From Mobula hypostoma (taxonomy: Eukaryota), in assembly GCF_963921235.1 (NCBI RefSeq), contig NC_086109.1, positions 24,678,001 through 24,742,000 of the forward strand: DNA of 64,000 bases. Reading direction: 5' to 3'. Both the position numbers and the translations under genes were made by a program. The first letter of the stretch is position 1, and each line of letters opens with the position of its first letter. Below, one piece after another: positions 23,297 through 33,941 of this stretch. The notes under the pieces are model-generated. The model saw only the letters and a program-made list of their open reading frames with translations, did not search any database and was not told where the DNA came from.

Positions 23297-25539
23297 CATT
23301 TAATCTATATAAGATAATATATAAGCATAAAGTTAGAACTACTTTTTTCAGTACTAATTTCTCTCTGGAATGTCTTGCTGGGTGGTGTCTCGGGAGCTGG
23401 GCTCATTTCTAACTTGAGCAGAGATCACATCACTGAGAAACGAAGTGGTTTAACAGTTGAAGTACACCTGGTGTGATATCTCCAGGGTTGCCTTTGATCA
23501 GTCAAGAACAAAGAGGAAGTCTCCATTTTTCTTCCTTCATTGACCTGAATTTTCTTTAGCCCAATCTAGACTGCTTTGTCAGGCTGCATCACAGTGCTTT
23601 GGGCAACACAACCCCAGTCTTTCAACATTCTCAGTTCTTATTTCAGATTTCCAGTAATGAGTTCTTTGCTTTCGATTACTGCCTTTCTGCTTCCAGAAAT
23701 GACCACCTTGAAGAAGCTCTGCTCTTCACTTCAGCAGGGGATTTCCATCTGCCTCTTTTACCTTCAATGGTTTCTTTTTGTTCACTCCAAACCCTTTCCC
23801 GCAAATTTTAAAGTGATTGAAATTTAACTTCTCCCAGTATTGATGAAAGACCAAGCCGAAACAATAAGTTTTGCTCTCCATCAATGCTACCTAAGCAGCT
23901 GAATGTTTCCTGCACTCTGTGTTAGTTAGTCAGCGGTCTTGACCTGCTTGTCAGTTCTGTACCCTTAGAAAAAAAAACTGGAGAGAGAGGGAGAGGGAAA
24001 AATAACAAAGTGTACAGATAGCTAGACCATCAGAAAGTAAAAGAATAAGATGGGATCAAAGGAGAAGATTATAAAGTAAAAGGAAAAAGGACTGAAAGAA
24101 GGAAGAAAAATCAAAAGTAGAAAACCATGAAAGCAACAAAAAGATATCTCCAATGTACTGTTCCCTAATTTGCAAGAACGAGTTATATTTTGACTTTAAT
24201 GACAGCTATGAGAAAGACATATAGTTGAATGGAATGCCTCAGGGTGGATTAACTTACAGTATATACAAAACAATGAAGTTCTCCGGATCTTTGCACAAAA
24301 TAGCCTTAAAACATCCTTCTGCCAGTCATATGATTTTTAACGTACAAAGAAAGTATCACATTCAATAATTAAACCTAAGGCTTCCATCTAACAGGGATCT
24401 CAAAACCAATGCTGAGAAAATAACAAGAATTAGCGCAAGTTAATCCTTTTGCAGGGTGCTATCTGTCATTCCATTGAAGAAGCAAGCAGGAGTTTGGAAA
24501 GAAATTTGGAGAACAAAAAGCTGAGGAATGAAACCCTAAGATGTGCCAAAGGGTAGAGGGCTTTCTTGGGTGAAAGTTTGCCTTGGGTGAAAGGCAGTTT
24601 CAGCAACGTAGAATGGAATGAACAGAGAATCAGAGTATTCTGCTGAACAGATAATACAATCTGCATGCCGGCCTCAAGCGAATGATGGAGTTCAGATGGG
24701 TGTGGCTGTGGAGAGACCTGTAAATGAGCTGGGGGGTGGGGGGTGGTTGAGGTTGGAAATATGATACAGTTGCCTATGTGTCATGGTGCTGCATGATGAA
24801 CCAAAATCTGCAAGTTCAAATCGAACTTGCCGTGACAAGCACATAATCCTCGTGAATTCCAGAACAAAAATTCTAGCTGGGTCCATCAAGTGTCCTTCAG
24901 AAATTGTCTGAATCTCCCAACACAATGTCTCACACATAATTCAAAACACTAATATTTGAAATGAATAATAAGTACTTTCTATGCCATTTCCCAAGCTCAA
25001 GATTGCAAGTGATGTTTGTAAAGGGGGCAAGTTCTGGAAGTTAAGGTACATCATGAATAGCTGTCTGATTTCTGAATGGACATAGAACTCATGAACACTA
25101 CCTCACTACTTTTTTGCACTACTTATTTACTACTATATATATACCTTTATTTGTCACACGTACATCAAAACATACATTTCAATGCATTGCTTTACGTCAA
25201 AGTCCAACACAGGCTGAGGATTGTGCAATGAGCGGCCTGCAAGTGCCAGAGAAAACCCATGTGGTCAGAGGAAGAATGTTATAACTCCTTACAGATAATG
25301 CTGGGAATACACCCCTGACTGGTGATTACTGGTGCTGTAAAGCAATTACACTGCTACGCTACTATGCTGCTTTGGTATACCAATATCCTTCAGTGGGACA
25401 AAAGATTAGATCAAAAGCTGCTTCTCACGTGGAATTCATCTTCTCATTATTTGCTGGCAAAGTACTTCAGTAGTCCAAAGTACTTCAGTAATCCGTATAT
25501 CAGATTCGGATTTATTATTACTGACAGACATCTTACCTT

Positions 25540-26372
25540 CTGCCGAGATGGTGGGGCGTGCTCAGATACAGCGGCCTCTCGGGGGCCAACCAAAGGTGTT
25601 TTTGGCTTTTTTAAATGTCTTTTTATGATTGCAGGACAATGCTGGACATTAAGATCTTCAGGTAATGCAGGTCTATCCCATCAGCGAGCTACTCATTGAC
25701 AGAGGAACTGGAGGAGCTGGACTTGGTGTGGACCACATTACTGCCTGCCACAGGAAGGCATCGGAGTCAGTGTGCAAAGGAAGTGTGTAGTCTATGAGTG
25801 ATTGTCTTGAATATTTCTCTTGTGATCGCAAGACCCTTTTGAACATTGATAAGGTCAAATGCTGCGAGTACATTTCCCTTGTTTATTGGAGAGACAGATG
25901 GTGGGAAGCTGTCTGGCATCAGTTGTAGTGAGGTCTAGGCCTCAAGCCGCAGGCTTGCCTGTTGCAGCAATCCAGGGGAAGAGAAGGCTGAGGCAGTGTG
26001 CTGTCCAGGTTGGGTTGGAAGCTGCCCTTCCTGCCAGTGCTGCCATCCAGTGTTCGATTGGTGGAATGACAAGCTGGATTGCATGCACGTTTGTGTGCGT
26101 ACATTCATCTGCAGACTGCTTGCCCTTGCTGATAACATCTATCCACCATCCATTTACAGGATATATTACTCAGGGACCTGGGCTATACTATATATATATT
26201 TTTATGTGATTGTATGTTTTCTTGCTATCTTGTATATGCTGTATGTGTCTTGTACTGTGTATGACTGTTGCTGATGTGTTTTGCACCTTGGCCCCAGAGG
26301 AACATTGTTTCATTTGGCTGTATTCATGGGTATTCAAGTATGGTTGAATGATAAATAAACTTGAACTTGAAG
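25540..26372 (+). mobile_element. Probable non-autonomous retroposon with AGATGG head and LINE-type (ACTTGA)n tail
   Basis: Starts CCGAGATGGTGGGGCGTG; ends GATAAATAAACTTGAACTTGAA; no recognisable ORF. Confidence 0.45.
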
Positions 26373-26471
26373 AATAAGACTCGGGTTTATTATCACTGGT
26401 ATATGTCATAAAATTAGTAGTTTTGCAGCAGCAGTACATTGCAATATATAATAAAAACTATCATTTACAAT

Positions 26472-26781
26472 TGGGTACGTGGCCAAGTGGTTAAGGCATT
26501 CGACTAGTGATCTGAAGGTCATGAGTTTGAGCCACAGTCGAGGCAGCGTGTTGTGTCTTTAAGCAGGGCACTTAATCACACAGTGCTCTGCGACGACACT
26601 GGTGCCAAGCTGTATGGGTCCTAACGCCCTTCCCTCGGACAACATCAGTGTCGTGGAGAGGGGAGACTTGCAGCATGGGCAACTGCCAGTCTTCCATACA
26701 ACCTTGCCCAGGCCTGCACCCTGGAGAGTGAGGACTTTCCAGGTGCAGATCCATGGTCTCGCAAGACTAATGGATGCCTTT
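26472..26781 (+). mobile_element. tRNA/CORE-like/RTE-like SINE
   Basis: TGGGTACGTGGCCAAGTGGTTAAGG...GTTTGAGCC...CCATGGTCTCGCAAGACTAATGGATGCCTT; TSD TTACAATT at 26465-26472 and 26783-26790. Confidence 0.88.
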
Positions 26782-27432
26782 ATTACAATTACAATAAGAA
26801 GTAAATATAGAAAGTAAATTAAATAAAACGGAGAGGAGAAAAGTACTGAGGTGGTGTTCATGGGTTCATCACACCATTAGTTTCAACATTAGTGTCATGG
26901 ACAAGGATAGATCTGGTCCTAGGGTTGAGGTTCTTAACTGGAAGAAGGCCAAATTTGAAGAAATGAGAAAGGATCTAAAAAGCGTGGATTGGGACAGATT
27001 GTTCTCTGACAAGGATGTGATTGGTAGGTGGGAAGCCTTCAAAGCAGAAATTTTGAGAGTGCAGAATTTGTATGTTCCTGTCAGGATTAAAGGCAAGGTG
27101 AATAGGAATAAGGAATCTTGGTTCTCAAGGGAAATTGCAACTCTGATAAAGAAGAAGAGGGAGTTGTATGACGTGTATAGGAAGCAGGGAGTAAATAAGG
27201 TGCTTGAGGAGTATAAGAAGTGCAAGAAAATACTTAAGAAAGAAATCAGGAGGGCTAAAAGAAGACGTGAGGTTGCCTTGGCAGTCAAAGTGAGGATAAT
27301 CCAAAGAGCTTTTACAGTTATAATAAGAGCAAAAGGATTGTAAGGGATAAAATTGGTCCTCTTGAAGATCAGAGTGGTCAGCTATGTGCGGAATCAAAGG
27401 AAATTGGGGAGATCTTAAATAGGTTTTTTGCG

Positions 27433-27663
27433 CAAACAACAGGAATTCTGCAGATGCTGGAAATTCAAGCAACATACATCAAAGTTGCTGGTGAACGCAG
27501 CAGGCCAAGCAGCATCTATAGGAAGAGGCGCAGTCGACGTTTCAGGCCGAGACCCTTCGTCAGGACTCCTGACGAAGGGTCTCGGCCTGAAACGTCGACT
27601 GCGCCTCTTCCTATAGATGCTGCTTGGCCTGCTGCGTTCACCAGCAACTTTGATGTATGTTGC
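27433..27663 (-). mobile_element. Penelope-terminus palindromic insertion (perfect 98-bp arms)
   Basis: 27468-27565 is the exact reverse complement of 27567-27664; 13-bp TSD TAGGTTTTTTGCG at 27420-27432 and 27664-27676. Confidence 0.95.
27532..27567 (-). ncRNA. Minimal type-I hammerhead ribozyme motif
   Basis: AGUC-CUGACGA-AGG(GUCUCGG)CCU-GAAA-CG-UC-GACU; the mirror copy on + (27567-27600) has the same core but only a 2-bp stem I. Confidence 0.7.
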
Positions 27664-27780
27664 TAGGTTTTTTGCGTCTGTGTTTACTAAGGAAACTGGC
27701 ATGAAGTCTATGGAATTAAGGGAAACAAGTAGTGAGATCATGGAAACTGTACAGATGAAAAGGAGGAGGTCCTTTCTGTC

Positions 27781-29214
27781 TTGAGGAAAATTAAAGTGGA
27801 TAAATCCCTGGGACCTGACAGGGTGTTCCCTCAGACCTTGAAGGAGACTAGTGTTGAAATTGCAGGGGCCCTGGCTGAAATATTTAAAATGTCGCTGTCT
27901 ACAGGTGAGGGGCCAGAGGATTGGAGAGTGGCTCATGTTGTTCCGTTGTTTAAAAAAGGATCGAAAAGTAATCCGGGAAATTATAGGCCAGTAAGTTTAA
28001 CGTTGGTAGTAGGTAAGTTATTGGAGGGAGTACTAAGAGACAGAATCTACAAGCATTTGGATAGACTGGGACTTAATAGGGAGAGTCAACATGGCTTTGT
28101 GCGTGGTAGGTCATGTTTGACCAATCTATTGGAGTTTTTCGAGGAGGTTACCAGGAAAGTGGATGAAGGGAAGGCAGTGGATATTGTCTACATGGACTTC
28201 AGTGAGCCCTTTGACAAGGTCCCGCATGGGAGGTTAGTTAGGAAAATTCAGTCGCTAGGTATACATGGAGAGGTGGTAAGTTGGATTATACATTGGCTCG
28301 ATGGAAGAAGCCAGAGAGTGGTGGTAGAGAATTGCTTCTCTGAGTGGAGGCCTGTGACTAGTGGTGTGCCACAGGGATCAGTGCTGGGTCCATTGTTATT
28401 TGTCATCTATATCAATGATCTGGATGATAATGTGGTAAATTGGATCAGCAAGTTTGCTGATGATACAAAGATTGGAGGTGTAGTAGACAGTGAGGAAGGT
28501 TTTCAGAGCCTGCAGAGGGACTTGGACCAGCTGGAAAAATGGGCTAAAAAATGGCAGATGGAGTTTAATACTGACAAGTGTGAGTTATTGCACGTTGGAA
28601 GGACAAACCAAGGTAGAACATACAGGGTTAATGGTAAGGCACTGAGGAGTGCAGTGGAACAGAGGGATCTGGGAATACAGATACAAAATTCCCTAAAAGT
28701 GGCGTCACAGGTGGATAGGGTCGTAAAGAGAGCTTTTGGTACATTGGCCTTTATTAATCAAAGTATTGAGTATAAGAGCTGGAATGTTATGATGAGGTTG
28801 TATAAGGCATTGGTGAGGCTGAATCTGGAGTATTGTGTTCAGTTTTGGTCATCAAGTTACAGGAAGGATATAAATAAGGTTGAAAGCGTGCAGAGAAGGT
28901 TTACAAGGATGTTGCCGGGACTTGAGAAACTCAGTTACAGAGAAAGGTTGAATAGGTTGGGACTTTATTCCCTGGAGCGTAGAAGAATGATGGGAGATTT
29001 GATAGAGGTATATAAAATTATGATGGGTATAGATAGAATGAATGCAAGCAGGCTTTTTCCACTGAGGCAAGTGGAGAAAAAAACCAGAGGACATGGGTTT
29101 AGGGTGAGGGGGGAAAAGTTTAAAGGGAACATTAGGGGGGGCTTCTTCACACAGAGAGTGGTGAGAGTATGCAATGAGCTGCCAGACGAGGTGGTAAATG
29201 CGGGTTCTTTTTAA
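27781..29214 (+). CDS. CR1 ORF2 reverse transcriptase domain; uninterrupted 477-codon remnant of a truncated element
   Basis: NYRPVSLT, QHGF, DFSEPFDKV (variant of DFSKAFDKV), GVPQGSVLGPLLF, FADD, DLGI; begins at TTG, upstream ORF frameshifted and interrupted. Confidence 0.85.
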   Translation: MRKIKVDKSLGPDRVFPQTLKETSVEIAGALAEIFKMSLSTGEGPEDWRVAHVVPLFKKGSKSNPGNYRPVSLTLVVGKLLEGVLRDRIYKHLDRLGLNRESQHGFVRGRSCLTNLLEFFEEVTRKVDEGKAVDIVYMDFSEPFDKVPHGRLVRKIQSLGIHGEVVSWIIHWLDGRSQRVVVENCFSEWRPVTSGVPQGSVLGPLLFVIYINDLDDNVVNWISKFADDTKIGGVVDSEEGFQSLQRDLDQLEKWAKKWQMEFNTDKCELLHVGRTNQGRTYRVNGKALRSAVEQRDLGIQIQNSLKVASQVDRVVKRAFGTLAFINQSIEYKSWNVMMRLYKALVRLNLEYCVQFWSSSYRKDINKVESVQRRFTRMLPGLEKLSYRERLNRLGLYSLERRRMMGDLIEVYKIMMGIDRMNASRLFPLRQVEKKTRGHGFRVRGEKFKGNIRGGFFTQRVVRVCNELPDEVVNAGSF

Positions 29215-30139
29215 CATTTAAGAATAAATTGGACAGATACATGGATGGGAGGTGTATGGAGGGATATGGTCCGTGTGCAGGTCAGTGGGACTAGGCAGAA
29301 AATGGTTCGGCACAGCCAAGAAGGGCCAAAAGGCCTGTTTCTGTGCTGTAGTTTCTATGGTTTCTATGGTTTCTATCGTTCATTGTCCATTCAGAAATCT
29401 GAAGGCGGAGAGGAAGGAGCTGTTCCTGAAACGTTGAGTATGTGCCTTTAGGCTCCAGTACCTCTTCCTTGATGGCAGCAATGAGAGGAGTCCTGAGTGA
29501 TGGAAATCCTTAATGTTGATGGATGCTGCCTTTTTGAGGCATTGCCTTTTGAAATTGTCCTGGATGCTGTGGAGACTGGTGCCCATGATGGAGCTGGCTG
29601 AGTTTACAACTTTCTGCACCTATTCAATCCTATGTTGTGCCCCTCACCCTCCATACGAGTCAGTGATGCAACAGTTAGAATGCTCTCTACAATACATCTG
29701 TAGAAATTTGCAACATACCTATTCTCCTCTAATTCCTAATGAAATTATAGTTGTTGTTGTGCCTTCTTTTTAATTACTTCAAGGCTATGATCTCAAGACA
29801 TATCCTTCGAGATTTTGACACCCAGGAACTTGAAGCTGCTCATCCTTTTTACCACTTACTCTGTATGAGGACTGCTGTGTGTTCTCCCTTCCTGAAATCC
29901 ACAATCAATTCCTTGGTCTTACTGACACTGAGAGCGCAGTTGTCATTGTGACACCACTCAACCAGCTGATTATCTCACTCACTGTGAGGCTATGCCAATC
30001 TGAGATTATGCCAACAACAATGGTGTCACTGCCAAATTTATAGATGACATTTAAACTGTGCGTAGCTACACAGTCACAAGTTTACAGTGTAGAGTGAGCA
30101 TGCAAAACCACAAGCAAGTGCCTGCAATCCACTACTGAA

Positions 30140-31940
30140 CGCAAACACGAGGAAATCTGCAGACACTGGAAATTCAAGCAACACACACAAAATGCTGGTG
30201 GAATGCAGCAGGCCAGACAGCATCTATAGAAAGAAATACAGTCGACGTTTCAGGCTGAGACCCTTTGTCAGGACTAACTGAAAGAAGAGCTAGTAAGAGA
30301 TTTGAAAGTGGGAAGGGGGAGGGGGAGATCCAAAATGATAGGAGAAGACAGGAGGCGGGGGGGGGGAGGGTTGAAGCTAAGAGCTGGAAAGTTGATTGGC
30401 AAAAGGGATACAAAGCTGGAGAAGGGAGAGGATCATGGGACGGGAGGCCTAGGGAGAAAGAAAGGGGGAGGGGAGCCCAGAGGAAGGTGGAAAGCAGGCA
30501 AGGAGTTATTGTGAGAGGGACAGAGAGAGAGAATAAATAAATAAATAAATAAATAAATAAATTGATAGATGAATAAGGGATGGGGTAAGAAGGGGAGGAG
30601 GGGCATTAACGGAAGTTACAGAAATCAATGTTCATGCCGTCAGGTTGGAGGCTACCCAGATGGAATATAAGGTGTTCCTCCAACCTGAGTGTGGCTTCAT
30701 CTTGACAGTAGAGGAGGCCATGGATAGACATATCAGAATGGGAATGGGACGTGGAATTAAAATGTGTGGCCACTGGGGGATCCTGCTTTCTCTGGCGGAC
30801 AGAGCGTAGGTGTTCAGCGAAATGGTCTCCGTTGGGCCTCACCAATATATAGAAGGCCGCACCGGGAGCACCGGACGCAGTATATCACACCAGCCAACTC
30901 ACAGGTGAAGTGTCGCCTCACCTGGAAGGACTGTCTGGGGCCCTGAATGGTGGTGAGGGAGGAAGTGTAAGGACACTTGTTCCGCTTACAAGGATAAGTT
31001 CCGTGAGGGAGATCAGTGGGAAGGGATGGGGGGGAACGAATGGACAAGGGAGTCATGTAGGGAGCGATCCCTGCGGAAAGCAGGGGGTGGGGGAGGGAAA
31101 GATGTGCTTAGTGGTGGGATCCCGTTGGAGGTGGCGGAAGTTACGGAGAATAATATGTTGGACCTGGAGGCTGGTGGGGTGGTATGTGAGGACAAGGGGA
31201 ACCCTATCCCTAGTGGGGTGGCGGGAGGATGGGGTGAGAGCAGATGTGTGTGAAATTGGAGAGATGCGTCTGAGAGCAGAGTTGATGGTGGAGGAAGGGA
31301 AGCCCCTTTCTTTAAAAAGGAAGTCATCTCCTTTGTCCTGGAATGAAAAGCCTCATCCTGAGAGCAGATGCGGCAGAGACAGAGGAATTGCGAGAAGGGG
31401 ATGGCATTTTTCAAGAGACAGGGTGGGAAGAGGAATAGTCCAGGTAGCTGTGAGAGTCCGTAGGCTTATAGTAGACGTCAGTAGATAAGCTGTCTCCAGA
31501 GACAGAGACAGAAAGATCAAGAAAGGGGTGTTGGAAGTGGACCAGGTAAATTTAAGGGCAGGGTGAAAGTTGGAGGCAAAGTTAATGAAGTCAACGAGCT
31601 CAGCATGCATGCAGGAAGCAGCGCCAATGCAGTCATCGATGAAGCAAAGTAAAAGTGGGGGACAGATACCAGTATAGCTTGGACCATGGACTGTTCCACA
31701 AAGCCTACAAAAAGGCAGGCATAGCTGGGACCCATATGAGCGTCCATGGCTACATCTTTAGTTTGGAGGAAGTGGGAGGAGCTAAAGGAGAAATTATTAA
31801 GAGTAAGGACTAATTCCACTAGACAGAGGAGAGCGGTGGTAGAGGGGAACTGGTTAGGTCTGGAATCCAAAAAGAAGCGGAGAGCTTTGAGACTTCCTGG
31901 TGGCAGATGGAGGTATATGGGGACTGGACATCCATGGTGA
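30140..31940 (-). mobile_element. Penelope-like element, 5'-truncated: RT C-half, GIY-YIG, UTR, terminus (frameshifted)
   Basis: QTKDVAMDAHMGPSYACLFVGFVEQ, FIDDCIG, KPTDSHSYLDY, IPFSQFL, CGLLYIGE, HFAEHLRSVR, PVATHFN; TSD AAT(C/T)CACTACTGAA at 30126-30139 and 31941-31954; internal (AAAT)n at about 30532-30561. Confidence 0.92.
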
Positions 31941-32741
31941 AATTCACTACTGAAATTCAGATTGTTTGAAGTAACATACACTACTATAAGCACAATATTA
32001 GCATGTGACACAAGGCAATTTTCTATTCTTTAGAGTTTTATGGCAGGTTCGTATCCACTGTGAATGCACGGTAGAAAATGAATCTCAGGGTAGTTTATGG
32101 TTACATATCTACTTTGATTATAAATTTTCTGAACTTTGAACTTTGATCATTTGACCTTGTGACCAGTATGACACTTTGAAAGAAGATTTTTATCAATCTC
32201 CCTCCCAGTTCTTTCCACCGAGGTGAGCCCTTAATTTTCTTCTCATTTTAAGAATTCTATTTCTCACTCAAATTGTGCAATTAAACCCATTTCAATTACC
32301 TTTTCAGGCAACACATTCCAGACCAAAACAAATCATTGTGCAAAGAGAAAAAAAAAATAACTCCCTCATTCTTTTTTGTTCCTTTTTGCCGGTTATTAAA
32401 TTTGTATCCTATAGTTACTAGCACAAGCAGTTTCACCTTATTTCCTCCATCAAAATCTGTAGTGTGTTAAAATTACCTCAGTACTAAATGCAGGAAACAA
32501 AAATCAGAAGGAGGTCAATTTTAAAAAAGAAAACAGATGGTTTAATTTTCCCTTTAAAAAATGTACATTGTTGACAATAAGATAAAAATCTTTTCCCAAA
32601 GTAATCTGAGCAGACTTGCCTGTGAGGGAATCACAAATCTCCACCCCTTTGCTTGAACAAGTACATCGTAAGCCACCTCTGGCTAATGACAAAGAACAAA
32701 TAAAATGGTTGCTGATGCATTTATAGTTTGTGTCGCTTCAT

Positions 32742-33520
32742 CAGAATCCGATTTATTATCACTGTCTCATATGATGTGAAATTTGTTTTAGTGTGTCAGC
32801 TGCAAAGTGCAAAGGCAAAATTACTATAAATGACAAAATAAATAAAGAGTGCAAAGGATTAATGAGGTGGTGTTCATGGACTGTTCAGAAATCTGATGAT
32901 GGAGGGGAAGAAGCTGTTCCTGAATCGCTGAGTGTGGGCCTTTAGGCACCTGTACCTCCTTGCATATGATAGTAACAAGAAGAGGGCATATCCTGGATAG
33001 TAAGGGTCCTTAATGATGGATGCAGGCTTCATGAAGCACCACCTCTTGAGATATCCTTAATGGTGGGGAGGGCTGTGCCTGTGGTGGAGATGACTGAGTC
33101 TAGAAACCTCTGCAGTCTTTTTATCATCTGTAGTTGAGCCCTCATAACAGGCCATGATGCGACCTGTCAGAATGGTCTTCAATTTTCAAGTATCGATAGT
33201 AACATACCAAATCTCCTCAAATTCATAGCGAAGTTGAGCTGTTAGCGTGGTTTCCTCATGATTGTAATAATGTGTTGCTTCCAGGATAGATCCATGGTGA
33301 TGCTGACAACCAGGAGCTCGTGGACTGCTCAGCATTTCCACCGCTGACTCCTCAATGAGGGTTGGTGTATGCTCTCCCAACTTTCCCTTCCTGAAGTCCA
33401 CAATCAATTCCTTGGTCTTGCTGATGTTGATTGCAAGGCTTTTGTTGGGACACCACTCGACCAACTGAAGTACTTACTCCTGTACATCACTTCGTTGCCA
33501 TCTGAAATTATACCAACAGG
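32742..33520 (-). mobile_element. Rex1/Babar LINE fragment
   Basis: VEWCPNKSLAINISKTKELIVDFRKG; tail CAGAATCCGATTTATTATCAC. Confidence 0.8.
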
Positions 33521-33882
33521 ATTAGATTTGGACATGATTCCATCAGGGATTGTCGCACATGAAATGAGAGGATGTTCCAGAGGAACTAGAACAAAGGGCA
33601 GGAGGAAATTAACGAGTCAAGCTGCACATCTGGGGAAAAGTGGAATTTGATATTTTGCGTCATGAGCCTGCACCAGATCCTAATGTAGATTCCATCCATC
33701 CTGAGACAATTCCAAGGGAGCAGGTAGCAGCATCAGTAGGTATGCATGGTAGAGAATAGTCATTCAAAGAATTACTAGTCTAGGCAATGGTGACTCTGAG
33801 AAATGGTCATTTTTGGATAATAGTCTCAATGGGAAATATTCAATCTGAGGAATAGTCTTTCTGTGGACAACATTCTCTAGAA

Positions 33883-33941
33883 CAGGGATTCTCAACTGGG
33901 ACCCCTTAATGATCCAGGGCAGAATAAAGTTTAGGAACCTG
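33883..33941. mobile_element. 59-bp hAT MITE remnant
   Basis: CAGG...CCTG ends; perfect 8-bp TSD CTCTAGAA at 33875-33882 and 33942-33949. Confidence 0.75.

Larger units (their letters stand above)
26870..29377 (+). mobile_element. Young 5'-truncated CR1 (HER1-type) LINE
   Basis: ORF2 linker and RT, (TTTCTATGG)n tail at about 29352-29376, 6-bp TSD GTTCAT at 26864-26869 and 29378-29383. Confidence 0.92.
26375..30090 (-). mobile_element. Rex1/Babar LINE fragment split by a SINE (26472-26781) and a CR1 (26870-29377)
   Basis: 3' UTR at 26375-26869 continues at 29378 (GTTCATTGTCCATTCAGAAATCTG); ORF 29380-29619 QKVVNSASSIMGT...HTQRFRNSSF; YKFGSDTIVVG near 30020. Confidence 0.8.

Noticed and set aside
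24790..24915. C/D box snoRNA (ATGATGA...CTGA with an internal 8-bp hairpin)
   Set aside because: No terminal stem and no recognisable antisense element
26472..26545. tRNA gene
   Set aside because: tRNA-like head continues into a SINE body with TSD and has several diverged copies
27468..27664. Palindrome as a sequencing or assembly fold-back artefact
   Set aside because: Flanked by a 13-bp TSD with CR1 resuming correctly, and diverged analogues exist at 48480 and 62199
27415..27936. ORFs giving the same peptide (ATYIKVAGERSRPSSIYRKRR) on both strands, also at 62194
   Set aside because: Automatic consequence of the palindrome; non-coding Penelope terminus
27781..29214. Domesticated RT gene or active autonomous LINE
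   Set aside because: 5'-truncated, no ORF1 or endonuclease, upstream frameshifts and insertion, altered DFSKAFD motif; open frame is best explained by young age
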